NCBI GenBank assembly: GCA_016932915.1
Contig: JAFGBY010000030.1
Span: forward strand, 9,671 to 73,670
Direction: 5' to 3'
From: Acidobacteriota bacterium
Lineage (GTDB): Bacteria; Acidobacteriota; DATKUA01; JAFGBY01
DNA: 64,000 bases
Both the position numbers and the translations under genes were made by a program. The notes below the pieces were generated by a model, which made no database searches, had not been told where the DNA came from, and saw nothing but the letters and a program-made list of their open reading frames with translations. Positions 35,968 to 44,315 of the stretch are shown here, piece after piece. Numbering within the stretch: the first letter of the stretch is position 1; each line of letters starts with the position of its first letter.

Positions 35968-37042
35968 TACTATGGGGACACGGTTTTATAAATGGCTCGA
36001 TGAACGCCTGGCTCTGAGCACTATGGCGGGATTCCTTTCGAAGAAAACCGTTCCACAGCATAAGCACTCCCACTGGTATTACTGGGGTGGTATAACGCTT
36101 ACGTTCCTGATCGTACAGTTCATCACCGGCATACTCCTGTTAATATACTACAAACCGGGGCCGGATGCGTTCGAATCGGTCCGATTTATAACTTATGAAC
36201 TTGAATTCGGCTGGTTCATCAGGGGGCTTCATCACTGGAGTGCTAACCTGATGCTACTGGCGTTATTCATACACATGTTCTCTGTTTTCTTCATGCGGGC
36301 ATACCGCAGGCCGAGGGAATTCGGCTGGTGGACAGGTGTATTACTTCTTCTCATCACATTGGGATTCGCATTCAGCGGCTACCTGCTGCCATTTGATGAA
36401 TTATCCTACTTCGCCACTAAAATCGGCCTTGACGTAGCGGAATCATTACCTTTGATCGGCCCCGCTCTTGCCGCAATTGCCCGGGGAGGAACAGACGTAA
36501 CTTACCTGACCATACAGCGGTTCTTCACCCTGCATATTATAGTGCTGCCGTTGATAATCCTGGGAATATTGACAATTCACCTTGTCCTCATCCTAAAGCA
36601 TGGAAATGCCTCACCACCAAGCGAAGAGGCCAAACCGAAGAACAAACGGAAAGAGATAAAATTCTTCTGGGACTTCTTCGTGAAAGATATCACGATGTGG
36701 CTACTTGCTCTAAATTTCCTGATACTGGTCACAATTCTCTTCCCACCGCAGCTCGGCTCACCCGCCGATCCCCTGGCGCCCGCCCCCGAAGGTATACATC
36801 CCGAGTGGTATTTCATGAGCCAGTATCAATTCCTTAAGATATTCGGCAACATTCTACCCGGCGCCATTGGTGAGTTTATAAGTATCGGATTGATGGCATG
36901 TGCCCTGCTTTTATGGGCAATCGTTCCGTTGATTGATAATACCGGAAAGGCAGGGAAAAGAGCAAAAGCGGCAACATATATCGGCTTGTTATCAATAGTA
37001 ATCCTCGTGGTGCTCACAGCGTGGGCATACCTGGCAATATAG
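35939..37042 (+). CDS. Cytochrome b (b6-like N-terminal four-helix bundle fused with a subunit-IV-like C-terminus)
   Basis: His pairs in helices B and D (RGLHHWSANLMLLALFIHMF; TLHIIVLPLIILGILTIHLVLILKHG). PEWY motif (HPEWYFMSQYQFLK). Strong SD GGAGGTG before the ATG at 35939. Overlaps the Rieske gene by 29 nt. Confidence 0.85.
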   Translation: MAKSKSLGPDTMGTRFYKWLDERLALSTMAGFLSKKTVPQHKHSHWYYWGGITLTFLIVQFITGILLLIYYKPGPDAFESVRFITYELEFGWFIRGLHHWSANLMLLALFIHMFSVFFMRAYRRPREFGWWTGVLLLLITLGFAFSGYLLPFDELSYFATKIGLDVAESLPLIGPALAAIARGGTDVTYLTIQRFFTLHIIVLPLIILGILTIHLVLILKHGNASPPSEEAKPKNKRKEIKFFWDFFVKDITMWLLALNFLILVTILFPPQLGSPADPLAPAPEGIHPEWYFMSQYQFLKIFGNILPGAIGEFISIGLMACALLLWAIVPLIDNTGKAGKRAKAATYIGLLSIVILVVLTAWAYLAI

Positions 37043-37054
37043 AGGAGGTGGAAG

Positions 37055-38476
37055 ATGAATTATCCAGTTTGGGTTGTACCGGTGATTGGAAGCGGATGGG
37101 TAATAGGGATAATCGCGATTATTCATATTTTAATATCCCATTTCGCAGTTGGAGGAGGAATCTACCTCGCTTTTGCTGAAAGAAAAGCCAGGAAAGAGAA
37201 CAGGAAAGACTGGCTCGAAATTATCCAAAAACATTCAAGGTTTTTCCTGTACCTTACTATTGTAGCCGGGGCAATGACGGGAGTCGCAATCTGGTTTTCA
37301 ATCGCACTCTCCAGCCCGGAGGCGACAAGCGCGCTCATTCATAACTTCGTTCTCGGCTGGGCATCGGAGTGGACTTTCTTTATAATTGAGATAACCGCGA
37401 TTATAGTCTACTACTATACCTGGAACAGAGTCTCAGCGAAAAAACACGAAGCTGTAGGCTGGATATATGCAATATCCGCGTGGATGAGCCTCTTCATAAT
37501 CAATGGCATCCTGACATTTATGCTCGATCCCGGGAAAGGCTGGTTATCAGTCGCGGGGACGGGCGCAGAACCATCAAAATTCTGGGAAGCTTTTTTTAAT
37601 CCGACCTATTTCCCGAGCCTGTTGATGCGGACCCTTGTTTGTATTACGCTTGCAGGCCTGTTCGCGATGGTAACCGCCAGCCGTATAAATGAAGAAAAGG
37701 AGCCAAAATTAAAGGAACAAATCGTTAAATGGTCGGCAAAATGGCTGATGCCGGCGTTTGCCCTAATTCCAGTTGCAGCGCTCTGGTATTACCTGATGCT
37801 CCCACAGGCAAATAAAGACCTCTTCAAACTTGGAGTCTCCACAATCGGCCAGGGAATATTCACACAGCTAACAAGGAACGCCGTTTTCCTGATTTTCGCT
37901 TCTATTATTCTTTTCTTCATCGCTTATGTATTCCTCTGGCGTCATCCAAAATCCGTCAAACTTTCACATGCACTTTTGATAATCCTTCTCGCGTTCAGCA
38001 TTATCGGTGTAACGGAACATATGCGGGAGATGATGAGAAAACCATATGTAATTGGTAACTATATGTATTCCAACGGAATCAGGAAATTTGACGCGGAAAA
38101 ATTTAATTCGGAGGGATACCTGAGGAATACAATCTGGACAACAGAAGAATCAAAAACCACATGGCATATCCAAGACACAATGACGTCGGAAGAATCAGAC
38201 AATTTATCATCACCCATTCAACCTGATTTGTACAGGGGCGAATTGATGTTCCGCGGGCAGTGTATCGCTTGCCATACAACGAATGGTTACCGCTCGATAA
38301 GTAAATTGCTGAAAGGTCGTGACGAGGCATCGATACGCTCTATCATTGATATGCTGCATGAATACAAAGAAGATTCGCCCTACAGAAAATTTATGCCTCC
38401 ATTGGTCGGAACCAAGGGAGAAGTAGACGCATTGATCAAATACCTGGATTCACTGATTAATAAAATAGATCAATAA
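37055..38476 (+). CDS. Cytochrome bd oxidase subunit I (CydA)-like membrane protein with a C-terminal monoheme c-type cytochrome domain
   Basis: Aligned by eye to E. coli CydA landmarks as recalled from memory. IIHILISHF resembles the YHFLFVPL/H19 region. ASEWTFFIIEIT resembles IEGLMAFFLEST (E99/E107). YYTWNRVSAKKHEAVGW resembles FFGWDRLGKVQH (H126). FNPTYFPSLLMRTLVCITLAGLF resembles LNPVAQVKFVHTVASGYVTGAMF, so the heme b595 ligand His186 is replaced by Arg. C-terminal CIACH (CxxCH) in a ~90-aa soluble tail. SD GAGGAGGTGG. Confidence 0.6.
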   Translation: MNYPVWVVPVIGSGWVIGIIAIIHILISHFAVGGGIYLAFAERKARKENRKDWLEIIQKHSRFFLYLTIVAGAMTGVAIWFSIALSSPEATSALIHNFVLGWASEWTFFIIEITAIIVYYYTWNRVSAKKHEAVGWIYAISAWMSLFIINGILTFMLDPGKGWLSVAGTGAEPSKFWEAFFNPTYFPSLLMRTLVCITLAGLFAMVTASRINEEKEPKLKEQIVKWSAKWLMPAFALIPVAALWYYLMLPQANKDLFKLGVSTIGQGIFTQLTRNAVFLIFASIILFFIAYVFLWRHPKSVKLSHALLIILLAFSIIGVTEHMREMMRKPYVIGNYMYSNGIRKFDAEKFNSEGYLRNTIWTTEESKTTWHIQDTMTSEESDNLSSPIQPDLYRGELMFRGQCIACHTTNGYRSISKLLKGRDEASIRSIIDMLHEYKEDSPYRKFMPPLVGTKGEVDALIKYLDSLINKIDQ

Positions 38477-38488
38477 AAAGACGAAAAT

Positions 38489-38520
38489 GCCGGGCCTTCA
38501 AAGCCCGGCATAATTTTGTT
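38489..38520. terminator. Bidirectional rho-independent terminator between the convergent 37055-38476 (+) and 38531-39082 (-) genes
   Basis: gccgggc-cttcaaa-gcccggc stem-loop flanked by aaaat on the left and ttttgttt on the right. Confidence 0.65.
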
Positions 38521-38530
38521 TGAAAAAAGA

Positions 38531-39082
38531 TTACAGCTTGACACCAATTACAAACAGGACCTCAAGACCACCTAAATCAGACTCTTCGATGCTGAGCAGA
38601 TAATATCTTGCTTCACCACCTATGAACAGCCCACCACCAAGACAGTAATTTAACCCTGCAGCAAACCAGGCACCAAGACCGCTATCATCTGTAATTCCTG
38701 ACATATCATAGCTGCCGAGTAATAAACCGGCGCCTATTTTCGGATCAAGGGCATCTTTACCAAGATGGTAATAGCCACCAAACAGAATAAAAGTCTGGTC
38801 AAGATCAAACAGCTCCAAAACAGAATCCATGGTTGAGAACAACGACAAGCCTGCCGTGAGTTCGATCTCAGGTGTAATCATAAAACCGGCATTTGCGCCA
38901 AAAGCAATGTTATGATCCCAGCTGTCACTAATATCGGAATTTGTAATAATGTGATAACCGATATTTGCTGAAAGTGTGAAACCGGAACTCTTTTTTACTG
39001 GCTCTTCCTGCGCAAAAGCGGTGAAGCTAAAGAGCAGCATAAGGCCCACCAACAACGAAACATAAATATTCTTCCTCATCAA
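38531..39082 (-). CDS. Small outer-membrane beta-barrel protein (OmpW/opacity-porin-like)
   Basis: Signal peptide. Alternating hydrophobic beta-strand pattern. C-terminal ...LFVIGVKL aromatic/hydrophobic terminus. 183 aa. Confidence 0.5.
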   Translation of the reverse strand: MMRKNIYVSLLVGLMLLFSFTAFAQEEPVKKSSGFTLSANIGYHIITNSDISDSWDHNIAFGANAGFMITPEIELTAGLSLFSTMDSVLELFDLDQTFILFGGYYHLGKDALDPKIGAGLLLGSYDMSGITDDSGLGAWFAAGLNYCLGGGLFIGGEARYYLLSIEESDLGGLEVLFVIGVKL

Positions 39083-39206
39083 AATACCTCCACATAAGTT
39101 TGACCTTAATAAATTAACAAGTATGTACTAAATGTCAAGAAATAATTAAAAGATAACTAGACTGATTATATAGATACTAAATAAATTTAAATAATTCTAT
39201 TCTGAA

Positions 39207-40691
39207 CTATTGGAATCTGGAATAGTACTCAATAAATGTAGGATCGAATATCTTTTTACTAAAGCTGTATTCCGGGTCTAATTCTGACACTTTTTTCATA
39301 TATACTTCAGCGGAGGAAAGAAGATTTGCATCCTGTTCACCGGTCAATCTATATCTCGAGAAATATACAAGCCCCAGGAAAGCATTCATACCGGCGCTGT
39401 CTTCGTATGCCGGCAATGCTTCAAGGAAAGTATCCGTAGCTTTTTCCAGGTCTCCAGCTAAATAGTACTTCAAACCGATATTAATCTTATCCCGCCCAAC
39501 GACTTTAAAATCTTTATAGAATCCCCGGACCTGTTCATTTGTGCTGTCCAGTGCGTTGGCTTTATTGTAATAAGTCCTGGCGGACGAATAGTCTTTTTGA
39601 TCAAGCGCCTGTTTCGCGCCATCAATATATTCCCTGATTTCATCTTTCATCTTATCCGAACCGGAAGCAGCCTGGAGTTTTTTATTTATCTCCCCCAGCT
39701 GGTACTTCGCCCTGCTGTTTTCTGGATCAATTCTGAGGGCCCTTTCGAATTTCAATTTAGAATTCACCAGGTCGCCCGCTTTATAATCTTCTATTGCGTT
39801 ATCAACCAGCGCTTCCGCTTCCTTCTGTTTTTGCTGTGAGGCTGCTCTCTCAGAATTACTCCTCGCATCCCTGATAAGTTTATCCAATGTTTTATTTTCC
39901 GGTTGGAGGTTTTGCGCCTGTTTGTACATCTTTATCGCAGATGAATAATCGCCTGATTTTTCATAATCCTTACCGCTGTTTACATAGCGCTCCGCCTTTT
40001 CAGCATTATCAATTTTTGTAATCCATTGGCGCGCTTCTTTATTAGCTGAATCTTCTTTCAGTGCTTTATTGAAAGCGGTCTTTGCAGCTGAATAGTTCCC
40101 ACGGTCGTACTCGCGTCTACCATCTCGAATCGCATTATTGATTCGGCTTTGACGTTGTGCGTTTTGTAATTCTGTAGATGTCAAAACAGTCGTTGAAGTT
40201 TTAACCGTGGCGGTTGGCTGTACTGTAGTAGTGGCAGTGGGTGTAATCGATGTCGGAGTCACAACCGGTGTTGTTGTCGTAGTCGAAGTATTCTGGTTAG
40301 AAGCGCTCACACGCTGTTTTCCATCGCTCAACATACTGTTCAACCTTGAATACAAATCCTTACTTTCACGGATTTCGCCTTCCTGGTTAGAACGCTCAAG
40401 CCATGAAATCGCCTGTGAATAATTTTTTAGTTCATAATGGCAGAGGCCAAGATAATAATAAGGGAAATAATCGATATATTTAGTACCGTAAGCCCTTCTT
40501 CCGGCTTTCGGTGATGGTTCCTGAGCAATCAATCGGTTAAGGATGCTTACCGCCGCGCCGAAATTACCATCATCGATTAATTCTATTGCCCTCTCATATG
40601 TCTCGTACCATCTCTCAGCAAAAACTAATGATGAGAAAAGACAAATAACAACAAGCAGAACAACTGGGCTTTTAATTATATTTCTCATCAT
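39207..40691 (-). CDS. Secreted TPR-repeat protein with a Thr/Pro-rich linker. Paralogue of 26060-27343.
   Basis: Signal peptide. FAERWYETYERAIELIDDGNF...YIDYFPYYYLGLCHY block shared with the 26060 gene. TSTTTTTPVVTPTSITPTATTTVQPTATVKTSTTV linker. Many TPRs. Confidence 0.6.
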   Translation of the reverse strand: MMRNIIKSPVVLLVVICLFSSLVFAERWYETYERAIELIDDGNFGAAVSILNRLIAQEPSPKAGRRAYGTKYIDYFPYYYLGLCHYELKNYSQAISWLERSNQEGEIRESKDLYSRLNSMLSDGKQRVSASNQNTSTTTTTPVVTPTSITPTATTTVQPTATVKTSTTVLTSTELQNAQRQSRINNAIRDGRREYDRGNYSAAKTAFNKALKEDSANKEARQWITKIDNAEKAERYVNSGKDYEKSGDYSSAIKMYKQAQNLQPENKTLDKLIRDARSNSERAASQQKQKEAEALVDNAIEDYKAGDLVNSKLKFERALRIDPENSRAKYQLGEINKKLQAASGSDKMKDEIREYIDGAKQALDQKDYSSARTYYNKANALDSTNEQVRGFYKDFKVVGRDKINIGLKYYLAGDLEKATDTFLEALPAYEDSAGMNAFLGLVYFSRYRLTGEQDANLLSSAEVYMKKVSELDPEYSFSKKIFDPTFIEYYSRFQ

Positions 40692-42853
40692 TCAATCCCC
40701 AGTTCTTTAAGGAATGTCTCAGAATTCATATTCGAGATATTATAATTCAGGTTGTTGACCTGCCCCTCGACCACCGAAACATCGAAGGTCTTTCGGACAT
40801 TCAGACTGTCATTAAACACAGTGATCGTATACTGCCCTACTGGAAGTTTCAGCTCACATGGAGAGACCTTCCCGGCTACCTCTATTTCTTTATTTGAACT
40901 ATCCACAACTGACTCAATGGTTCCCCAGGGCACAACGTTTATTCTTACAAGCCCTTCTCCGGCTACAAGAGGACGGCCAATCGGCTCAGTTTCTTTACCC
41001 TTACCGGTAAATAGGATAACCGCCACGATGGCAATTGCGATAACTGCGACAACTCCTAATATTATTGGAAGTGGAGATTTTCCGGGTTTTTTTGCCTTGA
41101 TTGTAGCGGAAGGCTCCGGTTTGTATTCCTTTGCTGCTCCAGTATAAACAGTTGGGGCATCAGGTGCAATTTCCTGCTTTCGTATACCTGTAGTCGGCGT
41201 CGCGACAACAGTAGGAACAGAAGTACTTTCCATTCCTCCTGAATAAACAGTTTCCTGTTCTGCCGTTTTTGAACTTTTATCCATTAATGTGGCGACTTCA
41301 GAAGTTGTTTTCACACCTGCAGCGACAAATGTTTCGCTATCAGGAGGAACTGCAGCCCCCCCGGTAAGTTTATCCAATTCCGATTTTACTTTAAGGACAT
41401 CTGGATCGTTGGAATCAAGAGAAAGTGCAGCAGACAGGGATTTCTGCGCTTCATAATAATTCTTTACCCTTATGTTCTCCTTGATATGATTTAGAATCAT
41501 ATCAATTTGCTTCTTATCATCAGCCCGATCACGCTTGTTATTGATCGCCTCTCTTAATTCAGTGGAATATTTATTCTTTGGATCGATATCATCAAGAAGT
41601 TTAACTTCTTTTAACGCATCGATATATTGACCTTTGTTTATCAGTGTATTGATCTTCTTGACTTGATCATTAAGCAGCTGTTCTTTTTCCTTATCAGCAA
41701 TCGTAGTCTGGATACGGGAAATCATTATTTTAGCGGAAGTATCATCAGGAAGAATATCGAAAGCGCTTTCAGCCATTTTATAAGCTTCTTTAAATTTCTC
41801 TTCCTTGTAGAGTTTGTCGGCCTGTTTTAATATTCCCTCAACATCGCCTTTTTTAGTTTTGATAAGTTCCGATTCGACCTTTTCAATTAACCTCTTTAAA
41901 ACTGAATTATCAGGATCGAGAGATAGAGCTTTATTATATATCTCCGCTGCATTCTGGAATTTCTTCGCCTTCATCAGGTTTTTACCCTGTTCGATGAGCT
42001 TAACAATCTCTCCCTGAAGCGCTGGCTGAGTAGCCATTTTCTTTTCGCCGTAAAGATCAATGACGGCTTCGAGATCTTTGATCATCTCACTCATTGATTG
42101 ATATCTCTTCTCCTGTTCCTTCTCAACCGCTTTCATAATTACAGTTTCAATTTCGATAGGAACATCGAGATTCAACTCCTCAAAACTTGGCAGTGGTTCG
42201 TGGGCAATTTTATATAAAATAGTTGTGATCGATTCTGATGTAAAAGGTTTCTTGTGAGTCATCATCTCCCACAGGATTATACCTACAGAGAAAATATCTG
42301 AACGGTTATCGATCTTTTTACCCATAACCTGTTCGGGAGACATATAATCAGGGGTACCGATGATCATGCCGGTCTTGGTCATATCGGATGAAGCCATATG
42401 AGCAATACCAAAATCCATTAATTTAGCTTTACCGGTTTTAAGCAGCATTACATTAGCCGGTTTGATATCCCTATGAACAACTCCCTTGTTATGCGCGTAT
42501 TCGCATCCCTTACAAATCTGGAGAATGATATTTAGCTTCTCAGGAAGAGACAGTTCCTGCGTGAGCATTATATGCTTTAAATCATCGCCATCGAGAAATT
42601 CCATAGCGATATAATAGGTCTGGTCATCATGGCCTAAGTCATATATGGTGATTATATTCTCGTGGTTCAGCTGCGCTGCCGCCTGGGCTTCGATCAGGAA
42701 ACGTTTTAACATCTCCTCATCTTTATCAACGCCTTCTAACATAGTTTTCAGCGCAACAAGCCTGCCCAGAACGGAATCCCTGGCACGGTATACCATTCCC
42801 ATGGCGCCCTTGCCTAGTTCACCGATGATTTCATATTTTCCTATCTTCTTCAT
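40688..42853 (-). CDS. Hanks-type Ser/Thr protein kinase with intracellular TPR repeats, a TM segment and a C-terminal extracytoplasmic PEGA-like domain
   Basis: GKGAMGMVYRA, HRDIKPANVML, DFGIA, GTPDYMSPE. TM ILGVVAVIAIAIVAVILF. C-terminal KVSPCELKLPVGQYTITVF. Confidence 0.8.
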   Translation of the reverse strand: MKKIGKYEIIGELGKGAMGMVYRARDSVLGRLVALKTMLEGVDKDEEMLKRFLIEAQAAAQLNHENIITIYDLGHDDQTYYIAMEFLDGDDLKHIMLTQELSLPEKLNIILQICKGCEYAHNKGVVHRDIKPANVMLLKTGKAKLMDFGIAHMASSDMTKTGMIIGTPDYMSPEQVMGKKIDNRSDIFSVGIILWEMMTHKKPFTSESITTILYKIAHEPLPSFEELNLDVPIEIETVIMKAVEKEQEKRYQSMSEMIKDLEAVIDLYGEKKMATQPALQGEIVKLIEQGKNLMKAKKFQNAAEIYNKALSLDPDNSVLKRLIEKVESELIKTKKGDVEGILKQADKLYKEEKFKEAYKMAESAFDILPDDTSAKIMISRIQTTIADKEKEQLLNDQVKKINTLINKGQYIDALKEVKLLDDIDPKNKYSTELREAINNKRDRADDKKQIDMILNHIKENIRVKNYYEAQKSLSAALSLDSNDPDVLKVKSELDKLTGGAAVPPDSETFVAAGVKTTSEVATLMDKSSKTAEQETVYSGGMESTSVPTVVATPTTGIRKQEIAPDAPTVYTGAAKEYKPEPSATIKAKKPGKSPLPIILGVVAVIAIAIVAVILFTGKGKETEPIGRPLVAGEGLVRINVVPWGTIESVVDSSNKEIEVAGKVSPCELKLPVGQYTITVFNDSLNVRKTFDVSVVEGQVNNLNYNISNMNSETFLKELGIE

Positions 42854-42917
42854 ATCGGAATCTATCTCTCGTTCAATTAACTGAAAAATTATCTAAAAGT
42901 ATTACTAAGTAATCCCC

Positions 42918-44279
42918 TCAGAATGCTAATTTAAATTTTACTTTTAATCCCTGATGTTTGCTTAATTCAAGGAGGTCGTTATCCTTCAATACCTGAGCCA
43001 TTACCTTACGGCCATTTACATATGTGCCATTGAGGCTGCCCTTATCGACGATTACATATTCATTATCCTGGTAATGGATCTCCGCATGCAGTTTGCTTAC
43101 TCTGGGCTGCGGAATAACAATATCGTTCGATGAATGCCTGCCGATTTTGATCGGATGCTCCTTGTAAACCGGAGTTTCTTCCGCCCCCAACCCACTGATA
43201 TTTATCAGCTTGAAACCGATGGCCTGTGAAGGTTTATCCTGCGCGGCCGCATCCTCCAGGCTTGTGTTGTAATCAATCGAGGACGGCAGGGAATGCAGGG
43301 AAAAATCGACACTATCTACTGCAATCGAAGCCAAAGCGTCATAAAGTTCTCTTGCAGTGCTGAACCTGCTTGCAGGTTTTTTCTCAAGACACTTCATGAT
43401 TATCTTATCAAGGGTTGAAGAGATATTAACATCTTTAAGCTTCCCAACCTGCTTTGGCTTATCTTTTACCTGTTTGACCATAACGTCGACCGGATTCAGT
43501 GCATTAAATGGTACATCACCCGAAACGACCTCATACATGATTACTCCAAGCGAATAAAGATCAGCACGTTGATCCAGGGTTTCGCCCTGCACCTGCTCCG
43601 GTGACATGTACTGCGGGGTACCAAATACAACTCCTTTTTGAGTGAGTGTACCACCGGTTGTTCTGCCTCCGACATCCATCAGCTTAGCGATACCAAAATC
43701 GAGAACCTTCACAAAATCCTGCCGGTTATTCTTATTGCAGATCATGATGTTCTCGCTTTTTAAATCCCTGTGGATAATACCCTGGCCATGGGCTTCCTCC
43801 AGAACTTCACATATCTGGAGGAAAATCGGTATTGCCCTCTCTTCAGGGAAAGCGCCGTCACGAGTAATCAATACCTTCAAATCAAGGCCATTTATATATT
43901 CCAGGATAATATAAACGAGACCATCCTCGGTTTGCCCAAAATCATACATAGAAACCGCATTAGGATGAGAAAGTTTGGATGTGTTTTTTGCCTCCCGCCT
44001 GAATCTTTCGAACGATTCCGTATTCTCAGCAAAATCCTCCCTCAAGACTTTAATAGCGACATCCTTATCGAGCATAAGGTGTTTTGCCCTGAAAACATAC
44101 CCCATGCCTCCTTCACCCAGTTTCTCTGAGATTACATAATGGCCACCGATCTTTTTACCGATAAATGTAATTTCGGTCGCAGGTGTGGCAGGAAGCCTAT
44201 TGCCACAAAACGGACAGAACTTCCCTTCACTAAAAAAATCGGCAGTTATATCTTTAGTGCAATATGGACAAGCCGGCAT
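42918..44279 (-). CDS. Ser/Thr protein kinase with an N-terminal zinc ribbon and a C-terminal FHA domain
   Basis: CPYCTKDI...CPFCGN. Kinase motifs HRDLKSENIM, DFGIAK, GTPQYMSPE. FHA IKIGRHSSNDIVIP...VIVDKGSLNGTYVNGRKV. Confidence 0.8.
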   Translation of the reverse strand: MPACPYCTKDITADFFSEGKFCPFCGNRLPATPATEITFIGKKIGGHYVISEKLGEGGMGYVFRAKHLMLDKDVAIKVLREDFAENTESFERFRREAKNTSKLSHPNAVSMYDFGQTEDGLVYIILEYINGLDLKVLITRDGAFPEERAIPIFLQICEVLEEAHGQGIIHRDLKSENIMICNKNNRQDFVKVLDFGIAKLMDVGGRTTGGTLTQKGVVFGTPQYMSPEQVQGETLDQRADLYSLGVIMYEVVSGDVPFNALNPVDVMVKQVKDKPKQVGKLKDVNISSTLDKIIMKCLEKKPASRFSTARELYDALASIAVDSVDFSLHSLPSSIDYNTSLEDAAAQDKPSQAIGFKLINISGLGAEETPVYKEHPIKIGRHSSNDIVIPQPRVSKLHAEIHYQDNEYVIVDKGSLNGTYVNGRKVMAQVLKDNDLLELSKHQGLKVKFKLAF

Positions 44280-44315
44280 CTCGTTATTATCTTAATTTAT
44301 TTTCCAGTTAATATG

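Noticed and set aside
40752-41147. 131-aa plus-strand ORF
   Set aside because: It is antisense to the kinase gene 40688-42853 (Thr/Ser/Pro-rich shadow). Similar antisense ORFs were dismissed for the same reason at 22650-23060, 27665-28129, 33323-33790, 50533-50943, 59617-60171 and 60320-60859.
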